Assembly (NCBI GenBank): GCA_963754315.1
Contig: CAVWFS010000020.1
Span: 32,001-96,000, forward strand
From: an uncultured Candidatus Rokubacteria bacterium
Lineage (GTDB): Bacteria > Methylomirabilota > Methylomirabilia > Rokubacteriales > CSP1-6
Reading direction: 5' to 3'
DNA length: 64,000 bases
In this document: positions 10,901 through 21,009 of the stretch, piece after piece
Position numbering within the stretch: position 1 is the stretch's first letter
How the letters are laid out: the number at the start of each line of letters is the position of its first letter
Made by a program: the position numbers and the translations under genes
Notes under the pieces: model-generated
What the model was told of the DNA's origin: nothing
Seen by the model: the letters and a program-made list of their open reading frames with translations, nothing else
The model's database searches: none

Positions 10901-11149
10901 CTGCGAGCGTGCGGCCTGCTCGGAAGCGAGCAGGACGAAGTACTCCGACGACGACAGCGCGGCGCGGATGGACTCCCACAGGTCGGGCGTGAGCCCAAGG
11001 CCGGTCGTGTCCCGGAACACGCGGATGGCCCGGCGCCGGTACCAGGGCTTGGCGAACGTCTGCAGACGGGCCTGGAGGATCTCGGCAAGCCGGCCGTCTG
11101 CGGCGTGGCTGTAGGACACGAACGCCGTGAACTGGAACCGGCTCGTCAC
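7950..11149 (-). CDS. TIR domain - TM helix - coiled coil - WD40 repeat protein (frameshift near 10423)
   Basis: AFVSYSHAAD, VFRD, VLLAS and SQWVEQEV TIR motifs; hydrophobic LAGAAVATLSALLIGAVVAAGLAV; E/Q/R heptads; many H...FSPDG...WD repeats. Confidence 0.85.
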
Positions 11150-11155
11150 TGGCGG

Positions 11156-11293
11156 CTACCCTCGCCGGCTCACGCGCCAGCCGCGCGAAGACCGGCTACG
11201 CCTCGCCGTCCTCGGACGACGGCTATCGAGCTCTGAGCTTGACGCTGTCGCTGACTGGGACCTGCGGTAGCTGATGTAGAGCTTCCCAGTCAT
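11156..11293 (-). pseudogene. Remnant of a second TIR-domain gene (N-terminus only)
   Basis: AGGA RBS then MTGKLYISYRR, matching the TIR beta-A motif; 45 codons ending 6 nt before the TIR-WD40 start. Confidence 0.45.
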
Positions 11294-11524
11294 CGCCAAT
11301 CCTGGACCGTTGCCCTCATTCGTCCGTTGCCGACTGACAGGGTGTCGGAACGAAACTCAGCTTGCGCCGTATTGAACCTGAGCGTGTCGGCGGTCCAAAA
11401 CCCTGTCGCGCGTCGAGCCCGCCACCGTGCCTAGCAGGATCGCGTTCCCAGGCAACCAACGTCAAGGGGCCCCGATGACTCGTGGGCGGCTCGACGATGA
11501 CACGCTGGTGCTATTATCCGGCCG

Positions 11525-12230
11525 ATGCCGGCGGCGAAGGGCGGCGTGGAATTCCTGAGGTCGTCACCGCTCCTCGCGGCCCTCCCCGCCAAGGAGCTAG
11601 CCGCCCTTGCCACCCTCGCCCGCGACGAGAACTACCGCGCGCGGGACTACATCTTCATGGAAGGGGATCCGGCCCTCTGGTTCTGCCTGGTCAAGTCGGG
11701 CCGCGTGCGAATCTTCCGGCAGTCGCGCGGCGGCAAGGACGGTGGTGCTGGAGCTGCTGGGCCCGGGAGAGCCCTTCGGCGGTGTGGCGGTGATCGAGAA
11801 GCGCCCCTACCCTGCCTCGGCCCAGGCCACGGAGCCAAGCGTCATCACCAAGCTCCCGCAGGATGCCGTCGTGGCCCTGGCCGAGCGCGATCCCTCGATC
11901 ATCAAAGAGATGGCGCTGATGATCGGCCGTCGACTGCGCGCGGCCCACGACTCCGTGAAGTCCCTGGCCGCAGATCCCGTGGAGGCCCGCTTGGCCGCCA
12001 CCCTGCTCCGCCTCGCCGAGCGGGAAGGCACACGCGGCCCACAGGGGTTAACCTTGCCTTTTCACCTCACGCGGCAGGGCCTGGCCGACATGACGGGCAC
12101 CACCGTGGAGACGACGATCCGCATCGTGAGCCGCTGGCTCAAGGACCGGCTGGTGCGCGAGGAGGCGAACCGGCTCGTCCTCGCCGACGTCGCGGCCCTG
12201 CGCGAGCTCGCGGAGGGCGAGAGCGACTGA
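11525..12230 (+). CDS. Crp/Fnr-family transcriptional regulator (DNR/NnrR-like, no FNR N-terminal Cys cluster; frameshift near 11741)
   Basis: IFMEGD...SGRVRI, LGPGEPFG, YPASAQA cNMP-binding fold; LTRQGLADMTGTTVETTIRIVS HTH. Confidence 0.9.
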
Positions 12231-12302
12231 CGTGTCGCTGGCCGTTGTGGGTGCCACGGCTCAATGCCGAGGCCCTCGACATCGGCGTGCCCTCACGACC
12301 CG

Positions 12303-12345
12303 TATGATATGGATCATAGTGGCCGCGTGCCACACCGCGTAGGCT
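12303..12345 (+). promoter_or_regulatory. FNR/DNR-like operator plus -10 element (class II promoter)
   Basis: Palindrome TATGAT-ATGG-ATCATA (12303-12318) and TAGGCT at 12340-12345; centre about 41.5 nt before the expected +1. Confidence 0.65.
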
Positions 12346-12366
12346 CGAAGCATGGAGGATCAGGCA

Positions 12367-12609
12367 ATGAGCCACGCATGCAGTTGCGCGACCCAGATCG
12401 AGCCCTCGGCGTCCACAACCCGCGCCACCGCCGAGCAGACGGTTGCCGAGGTGTCGAAACGTCCCGGCGCGCTGGAGGTCTTCCAGCAGCTGGGCGTGAA
12501 CCATTGCTGCGGAGCCCATCTCTCGCTTCGCGAGGCGGCCGCCGCCGCGGGAATCTCTCTCGACGAGTTAATGCGCGCTCTCGACGACCCTGTGGCCGCG
12601 GCGCCATGA
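12367..12609 (+). CDS. Stand-alone ScdA_N/DUF542 domain protein (RIC/YtfE N-terminal domain-like)
   Basis: TVAEV...ALEVFQQLGVNHCCGAHLSLREAA matches the DFCCGG-SL-EA motif; GGAGG RBS. Confidence 0.8.
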   Translation: MSHACSCATQIEPSASTTRATAEQTVAEVSKRPGALEVFQQLGVNHCCGAHLSLREAAAAAGISLDELMRALDDPVAAAP

Positions 12610-13397
12610 TCACGAGCACCACGACCGTCGCCCGGCTCCTCGAAGAGCACCCGCAGCTGGTGGATTTCCTGGCCGGCTACCACCCGCACTTCGAGAAGCT
12701 GCGCTTCGGGCTCCTGCGAAAGATCATGGCGCCGCGGGTGACGGTCGAGCAGGCAGCGCGTATGGCCGGGATCTCTGCCGATGATCTGCTGACGGCGATC
12801 CGCCGCCAGATCGGCGAGGTGGAGTCGCCGAGTGCGTCGGCGGAGAGCCCGCCCGATGCCGGCGCCCCGACAGCACGCCCGGCCCTGCTCGCGGCCCGCC
12901 GCCCCGTGCAGGTGGACGTGCGCGACGACATCCGGCGGGGCGCGGAGCCCTTCGCGCGCATCATGGCCGCCATCAAGGCGCTGAGCGACGAGGAAGTGCT
13001 CGTGCTCCGCGCGCCCTTCGAGCCCTTCCCGCTCTATGACGTCCTCGCCCGCCGGGGCCTCGCGCACTGGACGCAACGGCAGGCTGCCGACGACTGGTCG
13101 ATCTGGTTCTATCGAGAGCCGGCCGCCGAGGCCGCGGCATCGACCGCGAGCGCGCCGGGCACTGTCAGCGGCGCGTTCACCATGGACGTGCGGGGCCTCG
13201 AGCCACCGCTGCCCATGGTGCGCGTGCTCGAGCGTCTCGACACGCTCGCCGAGGGGGCGCAGCTGGAGGTGATCCACGACCGGCGACCGATGTTCCTCTA
13301 TCCCCTGCTCGACGAGCGCGGCTTCGGGCACGAGACCGACGCGGCCGAGCCAGGCATCGTCCGCATCCGCATCACGAAGCGTCCGCCGACCGAGTGA
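12606..13397 (+). CDS. DUF1858 + two DUF2249 domain protein
   Basis: TTVARLLEEHPQL...VTVEQAARMAG; DVRDDIRRGAEPFARIMAA...APFEPFPLY; DVRGLEPPLPMVRVLE...HDRRPMFLYPLL; ATGA overlap. Confidence 0.82.
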   Translation: MITSTTTVARLLEEHPQLVDFLAGYHPHFEKLRFGLLRKIMAPRVTVEQAARMAGISADDLLTAIRRQIGEVESPSASAESPPDAGAPTARPALLAARRPVQVDVRDDIRRGAEPFARIMAAIKALSDEEVLVLRAPFEPFPLYDVLARRGLAHWTQRQAADDWSIWFYREPAAEAAASTASAPGTVSGAFTMDVRGLEPPLPMVRVLERLDTLAEGAQLEVIHDRRPMFLYPLLDERGFGHETDAAEPGIVRIRITKRPPTE

Positions 13398-14725
13398 TGA
13401 TCCCGGCGCCAGGGCGTGGTCCGTCCGTCCTTCTACCGCTGCGGTATCTCGTAGCCGCCGCCGGCGCCTTCCTCCTCGCGGCGGCGAGCCTGCCGTGGTT
13501 GGCCGGGAGCTGGCCGGACATTACTACCAGCCGCGAATTCTCGCCCTCACGCACACCGTGACCCTCGGCTGGATCACCCTCACCATCATGGGCGCGAGCT
13601 ACCAGATCCTCCCCATCGTCCTGGAGCGCCCGATCTGGAGCGAGCGCCTCGGCCGGTGGCAGTTCGCGTTGCTGGCTGTCGGGATCGTCGGCATGGTGGG
13701 CCACTTCTTCATCGGCGAGTGGTCGGGACTGCTGTGGGGCGCCGGGTTCGTCGCGCTCGGGACCGTCGCGCACCTGACGAACGCGGTGATGAGCGTTCGC
13801 GGTCTCCGGCAGTGGACGTTCACGGCTCGCCTGGTGGCCCTGGCGCTCGCAGGCTTTGCTCTCACGCTCGTCTTCGGCCTCGCCCTGGCCGTCAACCGCC
13901 TGTGGCCGTTCCTTCCACCGGCGACGTTCCCCTGGTCCACGCCCACTTCCATCTGGCCCTCCTCGGTTGGGTGTTGCCCATGGTCATCGGCGTGGCCGCC
14001 CGCGTGTACCCGATGTTCCTGCTTGCTCACGAGCCCGGAGGATGGCCGGGGCGGGTCCAGCTTGCAGGCATGGCCTTCGGCGTGCCTGCGGTCGTCATCG
14101 GAATTCTTGCCTCGCGCTGGGTCCTGGCGGCGGGCGCGCTCGCCGTGAGCGCTGCGGTACTTGGCCACGGGCTCTGGATTCTCGGCATGGTGCGGACGGC
14201 CAGGCGGCCCCGCCTCGATTGGGGTCTACGCCTGGTGCTCGTCGGGGCGCTGTTTCTGGCTCCGACCGTCGTCCTGGGTCTCGGCCTCGCGCTCGAGGTG
14301 GTGTCCGGGCCCCGCCTCGGCCTCGCCTACGCGGTGCTGGCCCTGGGAGGCTGGGCCTCCCTCACCATCGCCGGGATGATGCTGAAGATCGTTCCATTCC
14401 TGGTGTGGTACCGCGCCTACAGCCCACACGTGGGGCGCGCGTCCGTACCGACCCTGGCCCAGCTCTCGTGGCCGGCCGGCGAGGCCGTCGCGTTCGCGCT
14501 GCTCTCCACCGGAATGGCCGGCCTTGCGCTGGCCGTGATAGCCAGCGAAGTCTGGGCCATCCGTGCGGCGGGAGCCATCGTCGCAGTCGGCGCCCTGGCC
14601 TTCGCGGCGACCCTCGCGCGCGTGCTCGGGCATCTGCGGTCGACCCCTCCCGCGCCGTTGTTAACCGCCGGAGACGACCGCCATGGCGCGTCCCGCCCCG
14701 ACTCACCAGGACCGCCGCGCCATGA
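13397..14725 (+). CDS. Polytopic membrane protein with His-bearing helices (haem-copper oxidase subunit I/NnrS-like); frameshifts near 13505, 13930 and probably near the 3' end
   Basis: About 12 hydrophobic segments across three frames; repeated THTVTLGW...MGASYQILP, HFHLALLGW...IGVAARVYP and LGGW...GMMLKIVPFLVW motifs. Confidence 0.65.
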
Positions 14726-15042
14726 CCGCGTTCGATGGCACCCCACCGGCGACGCCGGCCGTCACGCCAGCGCAGGTAACCCGGGCGCTGCGCGAGGTCT
14801 TCGATCCCGAACTCGGGATGTCCATCGTGGAGCTGGGCCTTGTCTACGGCATCGACGTTCGCGGCGGCGCCGTTACCGTGACGATGACCCTGACTGCGCC
14901 CGGCTGCCCCATCCACGACGTGATGTCGGCGTGGGTGAAGGAAACGATCATGGGAGTTCCGGGCGTGGAGCACGTCGACGTGACGATCACCTTCGATCCG
15001 CCCTGGACTCCTGATCGGATCGTACGCGCTTCGCCAGGGTGA
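14722..15042 (+). CDS. Metal-sulfur cluster assembly factor, DUF59 (SufT/PaaD-like)
   Basis: DPELGMSIVELGLVY, MTLTAPGCP, FDPPWTPD signatures. Confidence 0.92.
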   Translation: MTAFDGTPPATPAVTPAQVTRALREVFDPELGMSIVELGLVYGIDVRGGAVTVTMTLTAPGCPIHDVMSAWVKETIMGVPGVEHVDVTITFDPPWTPDRIVRASPG

Positions 15043-15067
15043 TCCTCGGCGGCGTGAGTCAGGTATC

Positions 15068-17089
15068 TCACGCCACGAGGAGTTTCCGGACGACCTCGAC
15101 GAGCACCCCCGGCAGAAGCTCCTGGCATCGCAGAAGCGCGTAGCCGCGCCCGAAGATTGACGGCATGTAAGCCGGCGCCTCGCGATCAACCGTCAGGCAG
15201 AACGGAACGAGCCCCTGCACCCGGGCTTCGGCGACGGCCTGGCGAGTGTCCTCGATGCCGTAGCGGCCGCTCGTACCGATCGACATCATTCGGCTTGCCG
15301 TCCGACAGGATGAGAAGAAGTCGATGGTGCGCGGACTGATCGGCCAGCCGAGCGCTGACGTGGCGAATCGCCGCGCCCGCCCGCGTGTAGCGATCGGGTT
15401 CCAGGGCGGCGACCCGGCGTCGGATCGCTACGCCGCCCGTCTCGCCGAAATCCTTGATCGTCAACACGCGCACGTGACCCGGTCCCTCGCCGGAGAACGC
15501 GAAGGCGGCATGCCGGTCGCCGAGGGCATCGAGCGCCTCGAGCAGGACGATGAGGGACTCCTTCTCAACGTCGATAATGCGCTGAGCGCCACCGACCCAG
15601 GCATCGGTTGAAGCGCTGACGTCGACCAGCAGCGCAATGGCGAGGTCGCGGCGCGCGGGTCGCGCCGCGGCGTAGAAGCGATCGTCGCTCGGATGGCCCG
15701 AGCGCCAGTCCGCGAAGGCCGAGACGTACGCGGAGAGATCGAGATCTGGCCCATCGGCCTGGCGGCCCACCCACGTGCGGCGGGAGCGCAGTCCGTCGAA
15801 GCGCCGTCTGACGTGGCGCACCAGCGCCCCATGACGGGTCATCACCTCCTCGACCCACGTCGTCGAGCCGAGGAAGGCGAGGCTCGGGCGGACGACCGCA
15901 CCCCGGGCGCGATAGGCACCGAGCCGGTAGTCCCACTCCGGGTACACGATCCCCGCGTCCATCGAGCCGCGGTCAGTATGATCAGGTGCCGTGACGGCAG
16001 CCGCAGTATCACTGTCGAGAACTTCCCGCGGTGTCCCCGGAGTCCGCACCATGCGGGCCTCGGGTAGCTCCGACACCGAATCGGCGAGATCCGCGACGTC
16101 GGCGTCCTCATCGCGGTCGGCGGGACGCTGCAGACCCATGGGATCCTCGGCGCCCTCCATCGGCTCGTCGGGGCGGATCATCCACGTTCCTGCTGTGTCG
16201 TCGTCCTCGTCGTCGGCTGCCTCCCGGACGCGAGGCCGGCGGCGGAGCGATGCGCTCCGGACCGGCCCTGCGGGCGGCGCCGCGTCCTGGCCTGCCGCGT
16301 TGGAAGTTTGCGCGCGGCAAGGCCGGAGACGTCATCACTTGTCCCCAGGTCTCGACGATCGCTGTACCGCGGTAGACGCCGGTCTTCGCGCCGCGAAGGC
16401 GCATGCCCGTCGCCCGCGCCCACCGCAGCGAGTGGTCGGGAGTCGGGCTGAGGGAATCGCCGCCGAGTGCCGCCGCGGGATCCGCAGCCAGAACCTCGCG
16501 GAACAGCTGTTCGACGGTCCGCTCGAGGGCGGTCAGCCGTTCGAGAGGAGGCCGCTCACGGAGCGCCGCTGCCCTCGCGGCGCGAAGACCGGCCACGAGG
16601 CCACTGAAGTCTCGAGCCAGCGCTCGATCCACCGCGACCGCCTCGACGAGCAGATAGAGGTCCCGCGCCAGTCGATCGGGGGGAACGCGGGTGGGCGTGC
16701 CACGGACCGCCCTCGCTGCCTGCTCGATCGCGAGGAGCCGATAGGTGGCAACGGTCGCCTCCTCCCTGCCTCGTCGGCGGCGGACTCCAGCACCCTCGGG
16801 AGCCAGATGGACGCCCCGTCAGTCGAGGCCGCAGCGGTGCGCCGGGACACATCGGGGGGACGCGCCTCATCGCGCGCGCGAGCCATGTCGCCGGCGGCGG
16901 CGGATCGGCGGGAAGGATCGGCCATGGATCGCCGTAGAGGGAGGCCACGACCAGTTCCAGACGCCGCTTCACGCGAACGAGCGGCAACTCGCGTCGGGCC
17001 TCAGGCGATCTCGTCCGCCACCACAGCTCGCGCGCGGCGACCGCGGCGCGCCGCGCGCCCTCGATGAGAAGGCCTTCGGGATCAGCCAC
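15068..17089 (-). CDS. norD: Nitric oxide reductase activation protein NorD (VWA); several frameshifts
   Basis: [49 protein letters not shown]; directly downstream of norQ. Confidence 0.85.
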
Positions 17090-17097
17090 GCTCGGTG

Positions 17098-17930
17098 TTA
17101 CACCACGGCGGCGATCACGTCGTGGACGGCGGCGAGGAGATCGGGGTCGTCGGTGAGCGGCCCCGCGACGGCCGCGCGGCACGCCTCCCGCATGGGAAAC
17201 GCCGCTCGCAATCAAGCGAGCGGCCGCCACGAGCAGCCGCGTACTCGGCACCTCGGAGAGGCCGCGGTCGCGCAGGCGGCGCAGACGGCCGCCGAGAGCC
17301 ACCAGGTCGGCGGCCGTGTGGGCCTCGACCCCACCCTCGTGGGTGACGATCCGGCTCTCGAGATCGGGCGGCGGGAAGTCGAAATCGAGCGCGACGAAGC
17401 GCTGCCGAGTGCTCGGCTTCAGATCCTTGAGGATGTGTTGGTAGCCGGGGTTGTAGGAGACGACCATCTGGAATCCGGGCGCCGCTTCCACCAGCTCACC
17501 GGTCTTGTCGATCGGCAGGACGCGCCGGTCGTCGGTCAGCGGATGGATCACCACCACGACGTCCTGCCGCGCCTCCACAACCTCATCCAGGTAGCAGAGC
17601 GCCCCGGCCCTCACCGCCCGCGTCAGCGGTCCATCCTGCCAGACGGTTTCCGTGGCCCGGACGAGGTAGCGGCCGACGAGATCGCTGGCAGCGAGGTCTT
17701 CGTGACAGGCGACCGTCACGAGCGGCCGTCGCAGACGCCAGGCCATGTGCTCGACGAACCGCGTCTTTCCGCACCCAGTCGGTCCCTTGAGCATCACGGG
17801 GAGATTCCGCCGGTGGCACGCCTCGAAGATGGAGATCTCATCGCGGACTGGAAGGTAGAAGGGCTCCTGGACCGGCGGCAGTCGGACGCCGTCGTGGTCG
17901 GTGCCGGGACTGTCGACGCCCCGCGTCAGC
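17098..17930 (-). CDS. norQ: NorQ/NirQ/CbbQ AAA+ ATPase (start uncertain; frameshift near 17195)
   Basis: EPFYLP...[40 protein letters not shown]...[16 protein letters not shown]. Confidence 0.92.
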
Positions 17931-17939
17931 GGTCGTGCC

Positions 17940-19313
17940 TCACACTGCCGGGGAGCGCGCCGGAGTCAGCTCTTCGCGCTCCGGCAGGGCGACCGGACGC
18001 CCAGCGAGGAAGAAGAAGTCCCAGAGGTACAGCGCGACACCGGCGGTGAAGAGCGCCCCGGTGGCGACGAGCATCAGAAAGTGCACCTGAAGCTTGAGCT
18101 GGGTCTCCAGATACCCGATGCTGAGGATCCGCTCCAGGTACGTCTGGGTGATCCCCGCGGCGGCGAAAGCCATCGTCATGCCGAACATACCAGCGAGTTG
18201 GAGCCAGAAGGCCCAGAACCCGGCCGTCGTCTCGCGTGAGTCCTCGCTCCGACCGGTGAGTCCAGGCATGGCATACGTGATCATGCCGAGCACGATCATC
18301 ACGTACGCCCCGAAGAAAGCCATGTGTCCGTGCATCGGCGTGATGAGCGTGCCATGGGTCCACTTGTTGACCGCCGGCCAGGTGTGCGCGAGGCCGAGGA
18401 GGCCAGCGCCGAGGGCCGAGAAGATCGCGCTCCCGATGGTCCAGTGCAGGGCCATGCCTGTTCGGATGGCTGAAACCCGAGCGGCGGATCGCGTAGTACG
18501 CGTACATCGCCATGCCCAGGAACACGAGCGGCTCCAGCGCGCTGAAGAAGCCGCCGATGGGCAGCCAGTAGCGCGGCACCCCGATCCAGTAGTAATGATG
18601 GGCCGTGCCGAGGATGCCGGAGATGAATGTGAGACCGACGATCACGTACAGCCACTTCTCGAGCACCTCGCGATCGACGCCCGAGAGCCGGATCAGCAGG
18701 TAGGCCAGCAGGGCGCCCTGGATCATCTCCCAGACGCCCTCCACCCAGAGGTGCACCGTCCACCACCGGTAGAACACGCTCACCGTGTAGTTGTCGAACT
18801 CGAAGAGCGCGGGGAGGTAGAGGAGCGCGGAGCAGGCGAGACCCGCGACAAGGACGCCCTCGGTGGTGGTCAGCCGCCCGCCGGCGCGGATGGTCATGCC
18901 GATGTTGTAGAGGAACATCAGCATCACCACCACGATGACGATCTTCAGCGGGAATGGCTGCTCGAGTAGCTTGTTGCCGGCGAGATCCAGCGGAAGACGT
19001 AGCCGACGACGGCGGTAACGCCCATCGCTGTCCAGATTCCGAGCTGGACGTAGGCGAGCCGGACGCTGTAGAGCTCGACGCGCGATTCCTCGGGCACGAG
19101 ATAGTAGGTCGCACCCATGAATCCCGTCAGGAGCCAGACCAAGAGCAAGTTCGTGTGGATGGCCTTGGTCACGTCGAAGGGAAGGACGTGGATCAGCGGG
19201 TCGGGGCCCAGGTACTTCACGGCGGCCGAGAGCCCAAAGACCATCTGGAGGCCGAAGAGGAGCAACGCGACCATGAAGTAGGGATAGGCGACGCGCTGGG
19301 ATCGATACCTCAT
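17940..19313 (-). CDS. norB: Cytochrome c-dependent nitric oxide reductase large subunit (frameshifts near 18985 and 18462)
   Basis: [42 protein letters not shown]...[10 protein letters not shown]: all six His ligands and the FeB Glu. Confidence 0.95.
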
Positions 19314-19326
19314 GACGAAAATCCTT

Positions 19327-20146
19327 TCACCGGAGAGTCAAGAGGTAGGCGACGATGTGATCCACTTGTTCCGGCTTCAGCGTCTGCCCGTAGTCCGGCG
19401 GCATCGGCGACCGGCCGCCGGCGGCATAGGTCGGGCCCGTGAGCACGTGGGCGTTCGGGTCGAGGATCGACTCGCGGATGTATCCGGCCGCGTCCTTGGC
19501 GGCGCCGCGGTAGTCGCGGGCTCGCGATGCGGGCCGTCGCGACGGCGGGAATCCCCGCCATGGTGGGGCCGACGATGTTGACCCCGGGCGCGATCGAGTG
19601 GCACGCGGCGCACCCGGGCGGCGTCGCGCTGAACGCGGCCCGGCCGAGCTCCACCGGGTCTTGCGAGGCGGCCTGGGGCGGCGGAGCGCTCCAGCACCGC
19701 GCCCGGCACCGCGCTGCCCCTGACAAGGATCGGCCGGGGCGGCCGAGCCCTGGGTGTTGATGCGGCTCACCCACGACAGGAAGGCGATCAGATGGTCGAT
19801 CTCTGGGTCGCTCAGGTTCGAGGTTCGGCATCAGCCGGCCGTCCCGCTCCTCGGAGTAGAACTTCGATGGATCCTTCAAGAACTCCCGCAGATACGGCGC
19901 GCCCCGCTGCTTGGTGATCTGCGTGAGATCCGGGGCGTAGTACGCGCCCTCGCCCAACAAGGTATGGCAGTTGATGCAGTTGCGCCGGTGCCAGACATTC
20001 TTACCCGCCACGACACTCTCGTCGATGGCAGACGCGTTCGTCAGCTTGGGGAACTGGCGGTGGCTGTCGATCGTGAGCACCGTGAAGATCAGCGCGCTGA
20101 GCAGCGTGCTGATGAAGAAAAAGAGCCGCGCGCCGCGCTTGGTCAC
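19327..20146 (-). CDS. norC: Nitric oxide reductase cytochrome c subunit with a second C-terminal cytochrome c domain (frameshifts near 19818, 19745, 19520)
   Basis: N-terminal TM; CINCHTLLGEGAYYAPDL...MPNL; then CAACH...GPTMAG...YIRESILDPNAH...MP...IVAYLLTL. Confidence 0.88.
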
Positions 20147-20352
20147 CGGCGGCGCGGGCCAGCCGGGAGTTGCCTCGCCCGCCGGACCGTGGACACCCCG
20201 GCCGTGGGAGGACGGCCAAGAGGCCGAAGATGGCAGCGCTGACCGCGAGGAGAATCGGCGGCGAGCGGAAACTGCAGGTGCGCCAGCAAGAGGGCGAGAC
20301 TCGCGCTGAGCGCCCCGAGGGAGAGGAGCACGAGGAGGGGTGCCGAGATCAC
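20143..20352 (-). CDS. Small membrane protein upstream of norC (probable internal frameshifts)
   Basis: GTGA overlaps at both ends; hydrophobic LLVLLSLGALSASLALLLAHL, second helix ILLAVSAAIFGLLAVL in the shifted frame. Confidence 0.45.
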   Translation of the reverse strand: MISAPLLVLLSLGALSASLALLLAHLQFPLAADSPRGQRCHLRPLGRPPTAGVSTVRRARQLPAGPRRR

Positions 20353-20513
20353 ACGCCGATCCGGTTGAAGTTGACGATGGCGATCCACGCGGAGTAAAGG
20401 GTGGCGGACGCCATCAGCGCAAGGACGATCCACGCCAGCAGCCTGGTCAGCGCTGAAGAGCTCTCGCGCTCGCCCCTCACCGGCATCTCTTTGGCCCTCA
20501 CCGGCATCTGCAT
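20349..20513 (-). CDS. Small single-TM protein, probable first gene of the nor operon
   Basis: TRLLAWIVLALMASATLYSAWIAIVNFNRIGV; stop overlaps the next GTG; N-terminal 21-nt-period duplication (MPVR twice). Confidence 0.55.
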   Translation of the reverse strand: MQMPVRAKEMPVRGERESSSALTRLLAWIVLALMASATLYSAWIAIVNFNRIGV

Positions 20514-20991
20514 TTGGTGGTGCGGCCAACGATGGCACCCGGCGACCGGCCGTGCCGTCAATGCCCATGGCCGCGCGTAGTGTCGCGTCTCGCACCCGGC
20601 CCTGTCAATGTCCCCGGCGCCCCACGAGGGTAGCTACGCGTTGCAAGCGGCGTGACAGATTGCCTCGCGATCTGGTGTCCGCAAACCTTCGTGGCCGCCG
20701 CCAGTTGCTCGGCCGTCTGAGCCACCGGCCAGGGTTCTGTGGAGCAATCGCCCCAGACTGAGGCACCAACACCTCACCGCTCACGAGTCATTTAGGCGCA
20801 CGCTGGCGGGCAACCCCGGTGGCCGCGGCAGAATCTTCCCATGCCCGCGCGAGGCCGACTCGACGGCGAGATGCGCTCGCTGGGCGTCCGGTTTCTGCTC
20901 CGCGCCTTTCCTGGGATCGTGCTCGTCCATCCTGCGCGCCTGAGCGCTCGTCGCCAGGATCCCGGGACTCGTCAGATATGATGGAGATCCG

Positions 20992-21009
20992 GCATCCACC
21001 GGTGGATGC
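20992..21009. repeat. Perfect 18-bp palindrome inside a larger imperfect hairpin
   Basis: gcatccacc/ggtggatgc, with outer arms cgtcagat (20970-20977) and atctgacg (21016-21023). Confidence 0.7.
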
